DNA of 64,000 bases. It comes from Hyphochytrium catenoides. Lineage: Eukaryota; Protista; Hyphochytriomycota. The notes below the pieces were generated by a model that saw only the letters and a program-made list of their open reading frames with translations, ran no database searches and had not been told where the DNA came from. The stretch is from positions 62,001 through 126,000 of the forward strand of contig FLMG01001623.1 of assembly GCA_900088475.1 (NCBI GenBank), written 5' to 3'. Below are positions 33,481 to 46,500 of this stretch, in pieces (the stretch's first letter is position 1; every line of letters begins with the position of its first letter). The translations under genes and the position numbers were made by a program.

Positions 33481-36400
33481 GAATGGCTTTTCAAAATATG
33501 CAGAGAGCCAAACATGTTAGGCCTTCATGGCAATACCCCTGGGGATGGGAAAGGACGTAGCCGGTCGACTGACCAAAACTTACCCTTACTACTGGGTGCA
33601 TGCAAGCTCCCAGGAAAGGGTTGTAACAATAAATATAGCCGCTCGATAGAAACAGCAGTGGCGAGAGGCTCTGAGCCACGACTGTATATGACAGACTATG
33701 TATAGCCGCCTATAAGGCGTCTGCGGCTTCCATTCTTTAGTGTTGTTGATGGCTCCAAGAACCGCGAGAGTCACTTCTCTCAATGTGCCGCAATAAAGCG
33801 TTGGGCTTCGCGGTCCTGAGAGTGTGCCTCCGCGGTCAAAGGATCACTCTTGACGAACGTCATGATGAGCATCACATCTCACATCCTTCACATGTTACCA
33901 GTTTGAGAAGATGACGAATGAGTCTTGACAAAAGTCAGCTATTTTTCAGGTCGTTACCTTGACCAAAGTCTCCCATTCCAGATGCTACCTCGACCATGTC
34001 TCTTAGACCCTCCGTAAATCGACACTCTTTCATCTCCTATCGAACCCTTTCTCTAGCTGTCAAAGGGGGTTGTCGATAGAAAGGGGAAGAAGCGGCGAGA
34101 GGGTTTGTGTGCATTTTCATCTGTTAGAAGAGTGCAATCTAGCAGGGGCCAGACCTAATGGTGAGTTTGTCATTAATTGCTTCAATGACATGTCATCACG
34201 AGGTACTGTAATGATGACTTTGCAATGAATAGGTCTGTGGATGCCTTCACAATACACTACAGCCTTGCGGTCTACCCAGGCCTCTCCATCACTACCCGGC
34301 CCAAAGTGCTGAGAGCTCGACATTTACCAATTGCGAAGCGAAGGCAAGAGACCTAGCGTTTGCGGAGTAGCACCAACAAGGTATATTTACTGGATGTGCA
34401 AAAGAAAGCTCCTACTAGTCTGCAGTTTGAGTTTATCCGTAGAGTCCATCGAACGAACCGTCTCTAACTTTGGTCTCGGTTATCGCTCAGAGCGCATGAC
34501 AAATGCTTCTGTGTCCCAGAAGAGAGAAAGTGTTGCCATTATCCACGACAAATGGGCAGCTTGTAGACATTGTGCTGGAGCCTACATTATCGCTTTTATA
34601 TTCTTATATATGAAATCACCTACCAGGTAGGAGTAATACTATTTCTAAGACAACAAAACGACAACCTATTTTACCCCTGTCATCATCGCGTGTGCTTTGC
34701 GGCCTGCATTTTTCCGTAAAGAGAAGAGTTCAGTCAAATAAGGGTGTCCTAGTCCGTGTTACTGTCCTGCGCCTTATCTAGCTTTATCAATGGCAGTAAG
34801 GCAGAGGACTGCTGAAGCACTGGAAACGGGAGGCCTGGCAGTGCCGTTATTATGTTAGTAAGACCTGTCAGGAAGTCATTGAGTCTTTGGTAGGTGTCAG
34901 GGCAATTCTCGAGTAGTAGGGGGAGAGTAGCAGTAGTACTAAATCTTTCGAGCTAGACTTTGACTAAACTGAAGAGAAACAAGGAAAGGGTCATAGTTCC
35001 GCAGGAGTGAGTAGTGCTACTGGTTTCTTCTCGCTTCTCAGCAGATCAGAAGGATTCCCCTCATTGTACCTACTATTATGAAGGAATACAGCAGTGCTGG
35101 TATTCCGTCCAAGAGAATCTGCATTTCTCTAAGGCTTTGAAGTGCGGGGAATCTACGTACATGTGACTCTAAGAACAGACATTGAGACTAATCGCACAAA
35201 GGCTCCCGCGCTAACAGAAAGGCTAGGAGGCCCTGTTTGTGCATCATGAGAAGACGCCATTGTCCTTCTCTCTGCCCACTGACAGCACAATTAACAGGGT
35301 GAGAGCACACTACTAAGGAGCCATAGTAGCTGCAAGTTAGTTGAGCGTTAAGCAGCGCGAAGGCCCATTCACTTTGGCATGGCATATGGAAAAACCAGCG
35401 GGAGTTAATGCCAATACCAATAACAACGCCGCATCACCACTAACCCGAGGACTGAAGGGACACGACTTCTTTCAACAACACGCCAAGCATGTGAATGGAG
35501 CGCTCGTCTAATAATGCCTCATCAGGACTGCCGCAGATGATGGGGGTAACATCTGATGACCTGATGCCTGATGCCTGATGCTCCCAGCAGAAACCATTGA
35601 TGAGCCTCTTCGAAAGGGGTTTGGACCTTCCACTGTTGTACCAGCTGATAGACTTGATTCTTCAACTGGAGCTGGAAGCACAAAGCCAAAGCATCTTAAA
35701 AAGGGAATTAGTCAGGAGGGGAGCATCTGTGGAGCGTGTGATTTGATCTAGAAATGAGTACCCTATGGGGTTGTAACGGGTAGTAATGAACACATCGTCT
35801 ATAGGCGACGATCTCAAGCTGAGAGCTGGTATAGCTGGATCGGCTTATTACTAGGGTTGGGTGGGGCTAGCCTAGAGCTAACTCTATGGATTACCAACCT
35901 CCTATTCTGTATTACTACAAATTTGTCACTTAGACCAAACGCAGGCCTGGGAGGTTGGTATCAAGGTTGTTTGTTGGTTATAGTGAAGTCCATCCTAGAT
36001 ACACCCCATTCATCTCATCTGGATTCCTATATTCAGTATATCTGATTCTTTATAAGGCCATGAAGATGTATGGGGGTGTAGAAAGAACGAATTTTATCCA
36101 TGGAAAGTATCAAGAGTACACGTATATCTACGGTATCTTTACACTAAACAATACCCAAGGTTTCCTCTTTTTTCCGGAAACCTTTCATCTGGGCCAATTC
36201 AGGCAGAGGGCTGAGTAGCCGTTACCGACTTTGCGGTAAATTTTTTGTTTAGCTTGCAGAAATGCATCAGAAAGGGTCTTTCGTCCTTCCTCTCTCTCTC
36301 TCCCTTCTCTTCCTTGCTTTTTAGTTGTACCTCGAGGTAGGGTCTACAAGAGGTGGAGGCAAACACAGACAAACTTTATCCACGTTATATCTCTCCGGCC

Positions 36401-36818
36401 CGTGTCTTTATAAAATTGTATTTTGTTCAGACGCTCTATTTGTCACTCTGTCTCTCCGCTCGGTCCTCTGTCATCGTGGTTGCTGGGGTTCTGCTTATGA
36501 AAGCTGAGCCCTGAGGGAGAGTTGAGGTTGTCTTGCTGTGGTTCTTGTCTGATGATGAGTGCGAACTCTGCTCAGATAGCTCCAGACCTCGAGGCTGCTG
36601 ATGCAAGGGATCTGATTGAGCCTCTAAGAGACACAGCGCCTTGCAGTTTCAGAGGCCTGGGCGGCGCAAGGAAGCAGTCTACAGAGTTCCTTTCTTGACG
36701 GCACTTGTGATCGGCCTGGGAGAACACCCGCGATGAGCCTTCTTAGAAGAAGGTAATGCACCTGGCCTGCCAATAAAGCGTCGAATACGTCCCAGGAATC
36801 AGCGGCGCATTGCCTGAC

Positions 36819-39364
36819 ATGAACCATCCACCGCCCGGCCAGCGGAAGCAGTCCTCTTCCCAGCGCTCTCCCAATCACAATAGTCCATTGGGTCTTAGTG
36901 ATGTAAATGGTGGCGCCCTTTTTGGAGGAGATGCCTCCCTCCCTACCTCTCTGCCGTCTTACTTGCCCCATGGAGCCGAAGCTTTTATGAACTTCAACCC
37001 AGCGATGTTTCCTCAGCCCGTAGGGGCGGCATTATCTGCCCCAATGCCAACCCGTATTGACGAAAGCCATTTGCAGCCGAACTCCAAGCGGCAAGCGCCG
37101 GTGGGTCAATGGAAGACGCCACCTATGTTTTTCTATACCAAACTTGGGGCAGCACCTGGTGAGCTAGATTTTGTTGTTTGTTACAACAGGGGCATAGTGA
37201 GTCCTAACCATGGCGCCTATTAGGCGTCGCACAACCCGCTTTGGTTCCTGGTCAGACCTCTATGCTTGAGGCAATGCTTGCGCAAGGTGAAGATCTCGAA
37301 AGCTTGTTGAAGAAAGCAGAGTAAGACTTTCTATCGCATCTCGTATTTAGTCCGTGGACTGACTCCTGAACCCACAGGGATCCCAATTTTGCAGCTTTAG
37401 CGCAAGGTCTGTATTGATTCCATGGTTCCATGCTCACTCCTGCACTAGTAATGAGTGTCCTGATGCGGTCTTGTTTACCTGTTGCCCTCTGTATCCCGTC
37501 AAAAACTGGTCCCTAATGGTGATTGCAGAGCTCCACGGTATGCAGGCTCTTAATATAGGCGGAATGACTGCAGGGCTTCCACCCGGGGGAATACCCGGGT
37601 ACCACCCAGGAATGGTCCCAATGTCTTCCGGTTTTACCCCGCCGACGGCACAGTATGCGTCAAAACTAGATCAGACGGTGAGCGGTGGCTGACTTCCTAT
37701 CAACCTCTAGAAAGAGGTCTAACAGCATATTCTCCAGATGGATGCCGCTACATTGACTGGGCAACAGATCGGACGAGATCTCTCGAAGAGGCCAGTTCCA
37801 GCCAATGAACGAACGACCCTTCCGGCCCCTGCCCAGGGAACTAAAATGCCCCTTTTGACGCTGAACCCGGAGATTGTGAAGCAGATGAGTGGAAAGGCTG
37901 GGATGACTGGCGAGATGGATGAAAAGACTATGCAGCAGATAATGCAATGTCCAGAGCTTCTGGCTATCTATCAAAGATTGCAAGAGGAAGACGACAGACG
38001 TCGACGAAGGTGCGTCTCCAGACCCCTAACCTCGTAGTACAAGCACAATGAGTCTGTATGCTATGAACTTTTGATCCATCGTTAACAATGGAAACTACTA
38101 TTCGATGCAGACTGGCTAGAAATCGCGCGTCGGCCCGATTGCGTCGGCTTAAGAAAAAGACTCTTGTGGAGACGTTTGAACAAGAGGTGTCGCAACTAGA
38201 AGCCAATCTTAAGAGGCTTCAAGAGTATAAATGGGGTATGGGTACTGATGAAGAGCTCGTTTCCGCCCTAGGTAAGTCTAGCCCCTTCCTATTACTACTC
38301 GCTGACGATCAAGACAGGCCTGGCGAGCGAAGTATTTTACATCTTGCAGATTTGTGAGAGGCTTCTAGGTTAGCCCCTGACGAGTTATGATGTAGGCGAA
38401 GAGAAGCAGCCAGTCAGTCTACCCAAGGAAACTCGAAGAGAACTTACGGACAACATTCTTTCCCAGCACATAGATAGTGCCAAATATGTTCAGTCGGAGA
38501 ACCTTGAGAGTGCCGTTCTTGCCTGGTTCTGCGGTGGGGCGAGCCCTGGAGAGGTACAGCTTTTTTGAGGGCAATAACAATCGTACTGCGTCCTTTTACT
38601 GAGTTATCGACTCTCCCATTCATCCATCTTTGCTCGCTTATTTATCTACCTGCGCCTTCACCTGGAAAATGCTGCGCATTCACTTTCCATTCATTGGGTT
38701 TCCGTAGCTGCTTGTACTCATCCGGATTCCTGCCGTTTGATCTTCTCCATATGGCTAACAAAGGGAACTTTGTGTCACGTATTAACATTGACTTTTATAC
38801 TAGGATCAAGAGAGCAACTGGCGGCGGCATGTCGCGCAGGAACTTCACACGATTCTACAGCTGTCTCCTGAGCAGCAGGCGGACATTGCGCAATATGCCG
38901 AGATGATTGACCGAGAGACCAGAGAGCTCAGTATCGTGGCAAAATGCTTGGCTGCCCTTAAGAGTCACGAATGGCTACACTTCCCTCAAACAGAGGTACG
39001 CACGACTGTGCAGCGGGTACTCGTGATCTGGCACTTTTATGAGCTGTCCTTCTCAACTGTTATTTTACTCTCTGACAGGCCGCTGCCGAAAGCTTTAAGA
39101 GCGCGGTGCTGCCACATCAAGTAAATAAGTACACAGCGTGGACTGAGCATAACCGGCAAGCTATTGAAGCTCTATCGGTAAGCATTCTCACCATTGACGC
39201 ATGGAAGGGGACAACACTTGTACTATTATGCTAACGCTTCCCGCTGACAGATCACGGATGCCTCATACACGGGTTCGGAGGAGCCCTTCTTCTATTTTGG
39301 TTGCAGCGAGGATGCTTCAGCTCGAAATCAAGGTGAAGGCGAGGGTGAGCATTCTGACAGCTAG
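36819..39364 (+). CDS. bZIP transcription factor (multi-exon)
   Basis: Basic region EEDDRRRR|RLARNRASARLRRLKKK (N-x7-R) followed by the heptad VETFEQEVSQLEANLKRLQ. Pro/Met/Gly-rich N-terminus and a helical C-terminal domain (LQLSPEQQADI...WTEHNRQAIEAL). Confidence 0.85.
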
Positions 39365-40104
39365 CAATCGCGTCTACCAGCCGGCCGCTTGAATGCGCAA
39401 GCTAAGAGCGGGACAAACCCACTCGCGAGGAAGCCTTTTTGTCAATCTTTCTAGCTAAATGCAGTACGTTTAGGCTTCGTGATAGTATGGTCCAGCTTTG
39501 GTCAAGAGCATTCGCCGTCTCCATTCTCTTAGTAGATCCAATGAACTAGAGGAATAAGAAGTAAAAACCTCTGTCTCCGTGCTTCGTGCGGTGAAGCTTT
39601 TCTTATTTCTGTGACCTAATAAGAGGCCGCTTTCAATCCAGCGGAACTAGTCTACGGACGAGCTTCTCAATGTCAATCCAAGTGCCTCCAGACATCATTG
39701 GTTCCTCTGGGGAGCTAGCCCGAGCAGTCTCTACACTCCAAGATGTCGTACTGCTCTCTCCTCTGTCTGGTTGCCAACCATCACTGCCAAGATCCAATCA
39801 CACTATGGATGGGAGACTAGGACGGCGCGCTCTGCCCTGCTACTACTATTGTCCGCGACCAATCTTGGCACGCTCCGCTCTTCCCTGTGATTGACTGCGG
39901 CCAGCCAGCGCAGGGCATCTCTTTTGATGGGACAGGAAGCGGCAAGAGAAGGAGAAGAAGCGCCACCTTAGTCTGCAGTTCAATAATTTCTGGACTAGGG
40001 ACATTAGGCAAGAGTGTGAGTCCTAAGGTATGGGTTATTCGTGTCCCCTGGTCTGGGTACTGGATATAGGGGTCACTGATCACTGGTGCTGACATTTTTG
40101 GGAA

Positions 40105-40108
40105 TCTT

Positions 40109-40145
<37 letters not shown>

Positions 40146-40350
40146 TTTCTGTCTCGTTTTCCTCTCTCTCTCACACAACTTTCTCTCTCTCTTTTTCTCT
40201 CTCTCTTTGTCCTCATCTCTCTCTCCATCTCTCTCTCTCTCTCTGTCTCTAGTGGTAGTCTTCTGCCTCTTTCCCCACTCTCACACTCTCTTTCCTTACT
40301 ACCTCTTCTCTTTCTTCCATTTCTCTCTCTCTCTTTATCCTCTGTCTTTT
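40105..40350. repeat. Imperfect (CT)n/(GA)n microsatellite, about 245 bp
   Basis: Long CT-dinucleotide polypyrimidine run about 280 bp upstream of the SHMT start codon. Confidence 0.9.
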
Positions 40351-40624
40351 TCAAGCAGCGTGACATGTGACATCATCCTTCCGTTGTACATCTCTTCCCC
40401 AGAAAGCTTACTCTGTCTCGCAACCCAAGAGAAAGGAAGCTTTGAAGACAGGCGCTTCTCGTCACACAATTTGTGCGGCAGTGCGAGGCCACACTTCTTT
40501 CTCTTCAACGCGGCGTCTCGTTCTCAAACTTCCAGCGTTCCTTCACTGTCTTTTCTACCATCCAGAGCGCGTCCAGCTTCAGCGGCACACAGACGTCACG
40601 GCTCCCACCTGTGCACACGAAAGA

Positions 40625-43212
40625 ATGGCCTCTACTAGCATCCCCAAGACTCTGGTGAGTGGGTCTCTTCCTCTCCCCTGATGATAGAGAGTTAGATGAT
40701 AAGATTGCAGATGCAAGGAGGAAGAATGACAGATCAGAGGGAAAGAGAGCGTTTAAGTCTCAGGAGAGGATGTGGGAGGAAGGAAGGACGGCAGCGGCCT
40801 TTGTCCTTGGATTATTAGTTACTTCTGTGCTGATGCTTTGCTGGTTGCTTTATTTCTTTGACAGCCGGGCAATGTGTCCCTTGAAGAGCATGATCCTGAG
40901 CTCTTCATGATCATCGAGAAGGAAAAGAACAGACAATGGAAGGGGCTCGAGCTTATCGCTTCAGAGGTAAGACGACGTTGTCTATCTAGAGCTCTGCCTT
41001 CTATACCTCAACTGCTAGTGTCAGGCCAAGCCTGGGTCATATAAGACGCTCTTCTTTTCAATGTCCAACCTCCATGTCGTGCTTTGTTTCAGCTGGATCA
41101 TGTTCCTTTACTCGTCCATAAGAATGTCTTCTGACTCTGACCACTCGTTTAGAACTTTACCTCTCGCGCGGTGATGGATTGCCTGGGCTCTTGCTTGACC
41201 AACAAGTACGCTGAAGGCCTTCCTAACGCTCGGTACTACGGAGGGAATGAGTTTGTGGACCAGGTGAGAGGCAACTATGGCGCTTCGACCCGTTTGGCTT
41301 TCCATCTCATCTTCGTTCCATGCAGGTGGAGCTGCTCTGCCAGCAGCGCGCCTTGGCTGCTTATGGCCTCTCTGCTACGGAGTGGGGTGTCAACGTTCAG
41401 CCTTACTCGGGTTCTCCAGCTAACTTTGCTGTCTACACTGGCCTCTTGCGTCCTCATGACCGTATTATGGGGCTGGACCTGCCAAGCGGTGGGCATCTGA
41501 CTCACGGTTATTACACGCTGAATAAGGCAGAAAAGACGAGGAAGGCGGTCTCTGCTACTTCTGTGTACTTCGAGAGTTTGCCTTACAGGGTAAGATTAAG
41601 ATACGCACGCTACATCAGTGATAATGAAGACGGGCAACGGAGGTATAAGAGCAACGCCACGGGGGCGCATAGGAAGAGAGCTTAAGGTAGCTGTCTTCGG
41701 TGTGCTATTATGCTTATGGATATATCTCGCTTTCTATCATCAGGTCCATCCTGAGACTGGCCTCATAGACTTTGACCAGCTGAAAGAGCTCGCTGCTTTG
41801 TTCAAGCCCGCAATGATCGTCTGCGGTGGAAGGTAAGCTGTGGAACGCGACTCCGGGAGGGCGGCGACGGGATGGACCGTAGGGGAGAGTCATGGAAAGT
41901 CGGGAAAATGGCGTTTGAGGAGCCTGCCTCAAAAGGCTTATTGACCCTTCTGTGTCTCTATTTCAGCGCTTACCCTCGCGACTGGGACTATAAGAAGTTC
42001 AGAGAGATTGCCGATGAAAATGGATCCCTCCTGCTGTGCGACATGGCGCACATTAGCGGCCTTGTGGCTACGAAAGAGGCAAACAACCCATTCGAGTACT
42101 GCGACGTCGTAACCACCACGACCCACAAGAGTCTCCGTGGACCTAGGAGTGGCATCATCTTCTTCAGGAAGGACGCCCGAGGCTTTGAGACCAAGATCAA
42201 TCAGGCCGTTTTTCCAGCATTACAGGGAGGACCTCATGAGCACCAGATCGCTGGTGTGGCCACACAGTTGAAGGAGGTAAACCCGACCACGAGTAGATTC
42301 TACAGGACGAAGACAAACGGTCCTAACTGGCATGCTATATTGGCTCCCTTCCGTTTCGCAACTTCAGGTGGCATCTCCTGCCTTCAAGGAGTATGCTCAG
42401 CAGGTGAAGGCTAACGCTCGCCAGCTGGCTGCGTCGCTTATGGAGAAAGGGTATAAAATTGCCACTAACGGCACGGACAATCATCTTATTCTTTGGGATT
42501 TGAGACCTCTGGGCCTAACTGGAAGCAAGATGGAAAAGATCTGTGATGCGGTAGGTTTTTGTCTTCAACTTCATCTTCCTACCTTCTCGCGCGCACTCCT
42601 CTTGTCGTTTCTTTCTGCGGCTTGGGTGGCTGCACTAATAGCAGAGGCTCCATGAATCTAAAAGTAGAAGCTATCGGAGGCACTCTAGTCTAATGGAGTT
42701 GGTTGCGCCTATAAAAATCGTCGTCTTCAGGTGCACATTACTTTGAACAAGAATACTGTTGCTGGTGATAGGAGTGCAGTCAACCCAGGCGGAGTTCGCA
42801 TCGGGACACCCGCGCTTACCACTCGAGGCTTCAAGGAGGAGGACTTCAAGCAAGTCGCGGCGTTCCTTGACCGAGCAGCGCAGATCGCATTGAAGATTCA
42901 GGAAAAGGTGAGGAGCATACATTGCCCTTTCACATGGTCTGCCTACATTGCGCGTCCACATGGTCGGCCTACGTCTTCTAAGAACTTTACGGGAGTCGAC
43001 GCTTTGTGTGTAGAATCCTTGTCCGTGGTGAACTCATTCTCGTGCTCTCTCTCATTTTGCAGAGCGGCAAAATGCTTAAGGACTTTGTAGCCGCGATCCC
43101 AGATAACACTGAACTAGCTGGCCTCCGCCAGGATATTCAGCGCTTCGCCACGCAGTTTCCTATGCCTGGATTCAGCGTGGAGGACATGAAGATCAAGGAT
43201 CTTGAGCACTAA
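40625..43212 (+). CDS. SHMT: Serine hydroxymethyltransferase, probably cytosolic
   Basis: [10 protein letters not shown]|[13 protein letters not shown]...GLELIASE|[69 protein letters not shown] (PLP Lys), [28 protein letters not shown]. No transit peptide is visible. Confidence 0.97.
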
Positions 43213-43557
43213 ATCCCCGTTACGCCCACACGATGCTTCCTTATCCCATTCTTTAGCTCAAAAGCAAGCTATTATTAACCTTGCATCAATTAAAGAGGAC
43301 CCTATTATGGGGATCCTTTAACAGTCGACCATCTCCACATTGTACATTGTCTCTTCTCGTGGTGTTGGACAGAGTCATACATTATCCCAGTCCTCCTCAT
43401 GTCTTAGCTCTTGTCTTTCAGCCACAGATCTTCATTGGCCGCAGGGCTGTATCCTAGACCAGGTGCTTCGCCTTTTTTTCTCTCTTGCCATTTAAAACCT
43501 CTTCTCTCATTTCCTTTACCCTGTCGTCGAGCTTGCCGCCTCGATTTCGTTCACCAT

Positions 43558-46500
43558 TCAGCCAGCCGTGATTTTACCTCCGAAGCAGCTGGGACAGGAG
43601 TCACCTGGCGCCTTGACTGTAGGCGCAATGACCGCCAGACAGGTGGGACAGGATAAGGCAGACTGAGGACCAGGCATACCATCCTCTCTCGCACCCGTGT
43701 TCTTGCCAACTAGTTTAAACGTCTATAAGGCAACCAAGGAAGCATCATATCAGTGAGCCTTGCGGTAAGGAGAGGGCGGTATGAACGGTATGGAAAAGGC
43801 ATGCAAACACTAAGCGACCCATATTTTTTTTGAGACGAGGATGGAAGGGGATTACTGCAGAAAACAATGCTGCCAGGCCTGACAATCGCAGGCTAGACTT
43901 CCACAAGCGAATGCCTCCACTCTGCACATCAACACTGTAGCGGTCAGACAGTAGTTACCTCGTAGCAGACCCCAAGCCTAACGTTACACTTGGAGCAGCT
44001 TCCTGAGGTACCCGAAACGTCCCCACCACAACCTCCAGGACACTGCTCAAGAAGCACGGACGAGTCTTTGAACTCCTGGAGTGCGCAGGTCTCCAGCAAC
44101 TCAGGAAATGAGGGAAGGGAGTTCTTGTTGAGGTCCTCTGCTCCGAAGCTTTTCTGTTGAGCAGCGGAGAGCGTATGACGTCTAAGAAAATACTCTTTCT
44201 AGGCTAGAATAATGTCCTTGATGTTCTTTACCGACGGTTCTAGGCGGATGACACCTACCTTCAGGATTGCAGCAGCCACCCCATAGTTGCCAAGAGCTAT
44301 ATTTTTCCTTGCTGCTATTTCAATGCATTGTTTGCTGTCCAGGATGTCCGTAACAAGTTTAGCTAACCGTGCTGACCCAGGCGTGACTTTGTTATCTGCA
44401 GGAAGATAAGCTTAGAACAACTGGCATAGCAGGGACTGGAAGCTGAAGGCTCGAAAGACAAGATGGAAACACCTCTAGAGCGAGTCTGAGAGCGTATCAG
44501 CTATGATAACTGCTAGGGTGACACCTCTAAAGAGGAAGAAAGAGCCTGGGAACAGCAGATTCAGAAGAGGCGGGGAATAGTTGATTGAAGCACGTACCTT
44601 TGGCCTCTTCCTCCTCCATGCTAATGAGCAACCTGGTAGCGAGCTTATACTTAGCACATTGGCGGATCTGCTTTGTCGTCATAGCTGCAGCCTTGGGGTT
44701 TGCTCCCTCTGTCATACAAAATGGTTAGCGATCGTCCTTCTCGCATTCATTCCCAAAGAATTTCTTTTGAGACAGCGGTCACCCCCTCTTGAGTGCACAA
44801 CTTCACTGCTTTCTGTCTAGTTTAAGTCGCCAAATGTTTGTCCACCACTAGCATGTCTGGCCTACCATGCTGGGAGCTCCGAGCTGCTGCAAGGAGACTA
44901 AGGCATTCATTAAGTCTTTCCAAAGCGATATCGAAGTCGCCGCTTTCAAATTTCTCCTTGAATGCCCTCCACATAGCCGTCGGATTGGTTGACTGGGCCT
45001 CTCTGCCAAGAAACGGAGGGGTAGTAACAAGTGACTGTTAGAATCCATACAGCTCACACCAAGAGGATAAACAAAGGGCGTAAGGACAAGGGAGTTATTT
45101 TTATCTACCTGATAATCTGCTTTGACACAGTAGGTTGTCTACTGAAGTTGTCAAAGGTCGAAGACGAAGGGGAAGCCAGCCGGGATTCAGGCTCTGAGAC
45201 TTTCCCGAGGCTACCTTCGCCAGTATTGAGCCTGGAGCTACCTCGGTGAGGTGGAGCCAGACGACCAGGAGATGAAGGAGGAGAAAGGACGCCTGATGAA
45301 CGCGGAGGGGACAGCAATGGAGAAAAGGTTGAAGAATGAGGCGGAGAAAGCAAAGAGGAAATGCCTGAGCTGTTTCCTCTGGAATCATCTCGCGAAAATA
45401 CTTTCCCGGCAGGGCGAAGAAGCCCTGTAAACGTGCTGGAGTTAGCTTTTCGTCGATGGCAGCTGTCGCACTGGCAATCGTTAGGATGGATCACCACCTA
45501 AAGAAGGAAAGAATTGAGGCAGATAGTAAGGGACACCATGAGGTTAGTTGCTGAATTCTTTTAGGTCCAAACCAGATAAGAAAAGTCGTAACGAAGCCGG
45601 AGGTTGATAACAGCGAAATTCTTACCTGCTTAGGCCTCCTCCCGATCTCAGCCAGATTCAGATAATTCTCTTTCATGTCGTGAAGCTGCTGCTCGCTCCG
45701 AACCATCGCCCAGAGACGAACTTCAGACAGGGAAAAGCCACGAAGGTCAGGTCCCATCAAGAGCGCACCACTATCGTCTCCCTTAGGAAGTGCTGGTGGA
45801 AGGATGGGTCCTGACCCTATGGGCTCGGTATCCAAAAAGAGCGACACTATAGGCTGCATGCAACATTACAGTAGACAATGAGATGAGTTAGTCTGTCCTT
45901 TAAACTTTCCGGTAAGATTGTTCCCTTGTTTACCTCCCCAGGGGCTCCTTGCAGAAGTCCACTGATCCTCATCCTCCCACTGTCCCAAGGCGTGAAAGGC
46001 CAGAATTACTTTCTCTCCTCTACTCACCTCACTGTCAGGTTTTGCATTTAAGGAAAAGGCGACATGGTGCCAGAACTCATCCACGGGCAGCTTCTTGGTC
46101 CCTTTAACTTGCCTTTTCGATCCTGCGCCGCTGTCGCCTGTGGTCACGTAAAGAATGCCTTCATCTAGACCGAACGTCCATTGCCTTGAGACCCCCTGAA
46201 GACGAGTCAATAGGACTCCTGAACGACCCTCGTTCAGGGAAGACTCTTCTGGGCCTTTTATCCATAGCTCCACTGTGAACGCCCATCGATACTGATCGTC
46301 CTGGTGGAAACCTTGCACGATATAGTGAGCGAAAAGAAGAGGGTATAATGCTGCGGCTAACATGCTACAATGCGAAAGAAGATCAGAGGATAGATTGACC
46401 GCTAAGACCAGATATAAGAGTGATAAGTATCAGCTGAGCTGAAGAAGTCGACTGAACTCAGTGACGGGTCGCCCGGCAGGATTTGGACCTAAACGGCCTC

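Noticed and set aside
34037-34079. Isolated imperfect hairpin CTATCGAACCCTTT...AAAGGGGGTTGTCGATAG
   Set aside because: A single short stem with no target-site duplication, second copy or RNA-family motif could arise by chance.
40073-40370. ER-repeat and LS-repeat ORFs
   Set aside because: They are translations of the (CT)n microsatellite.
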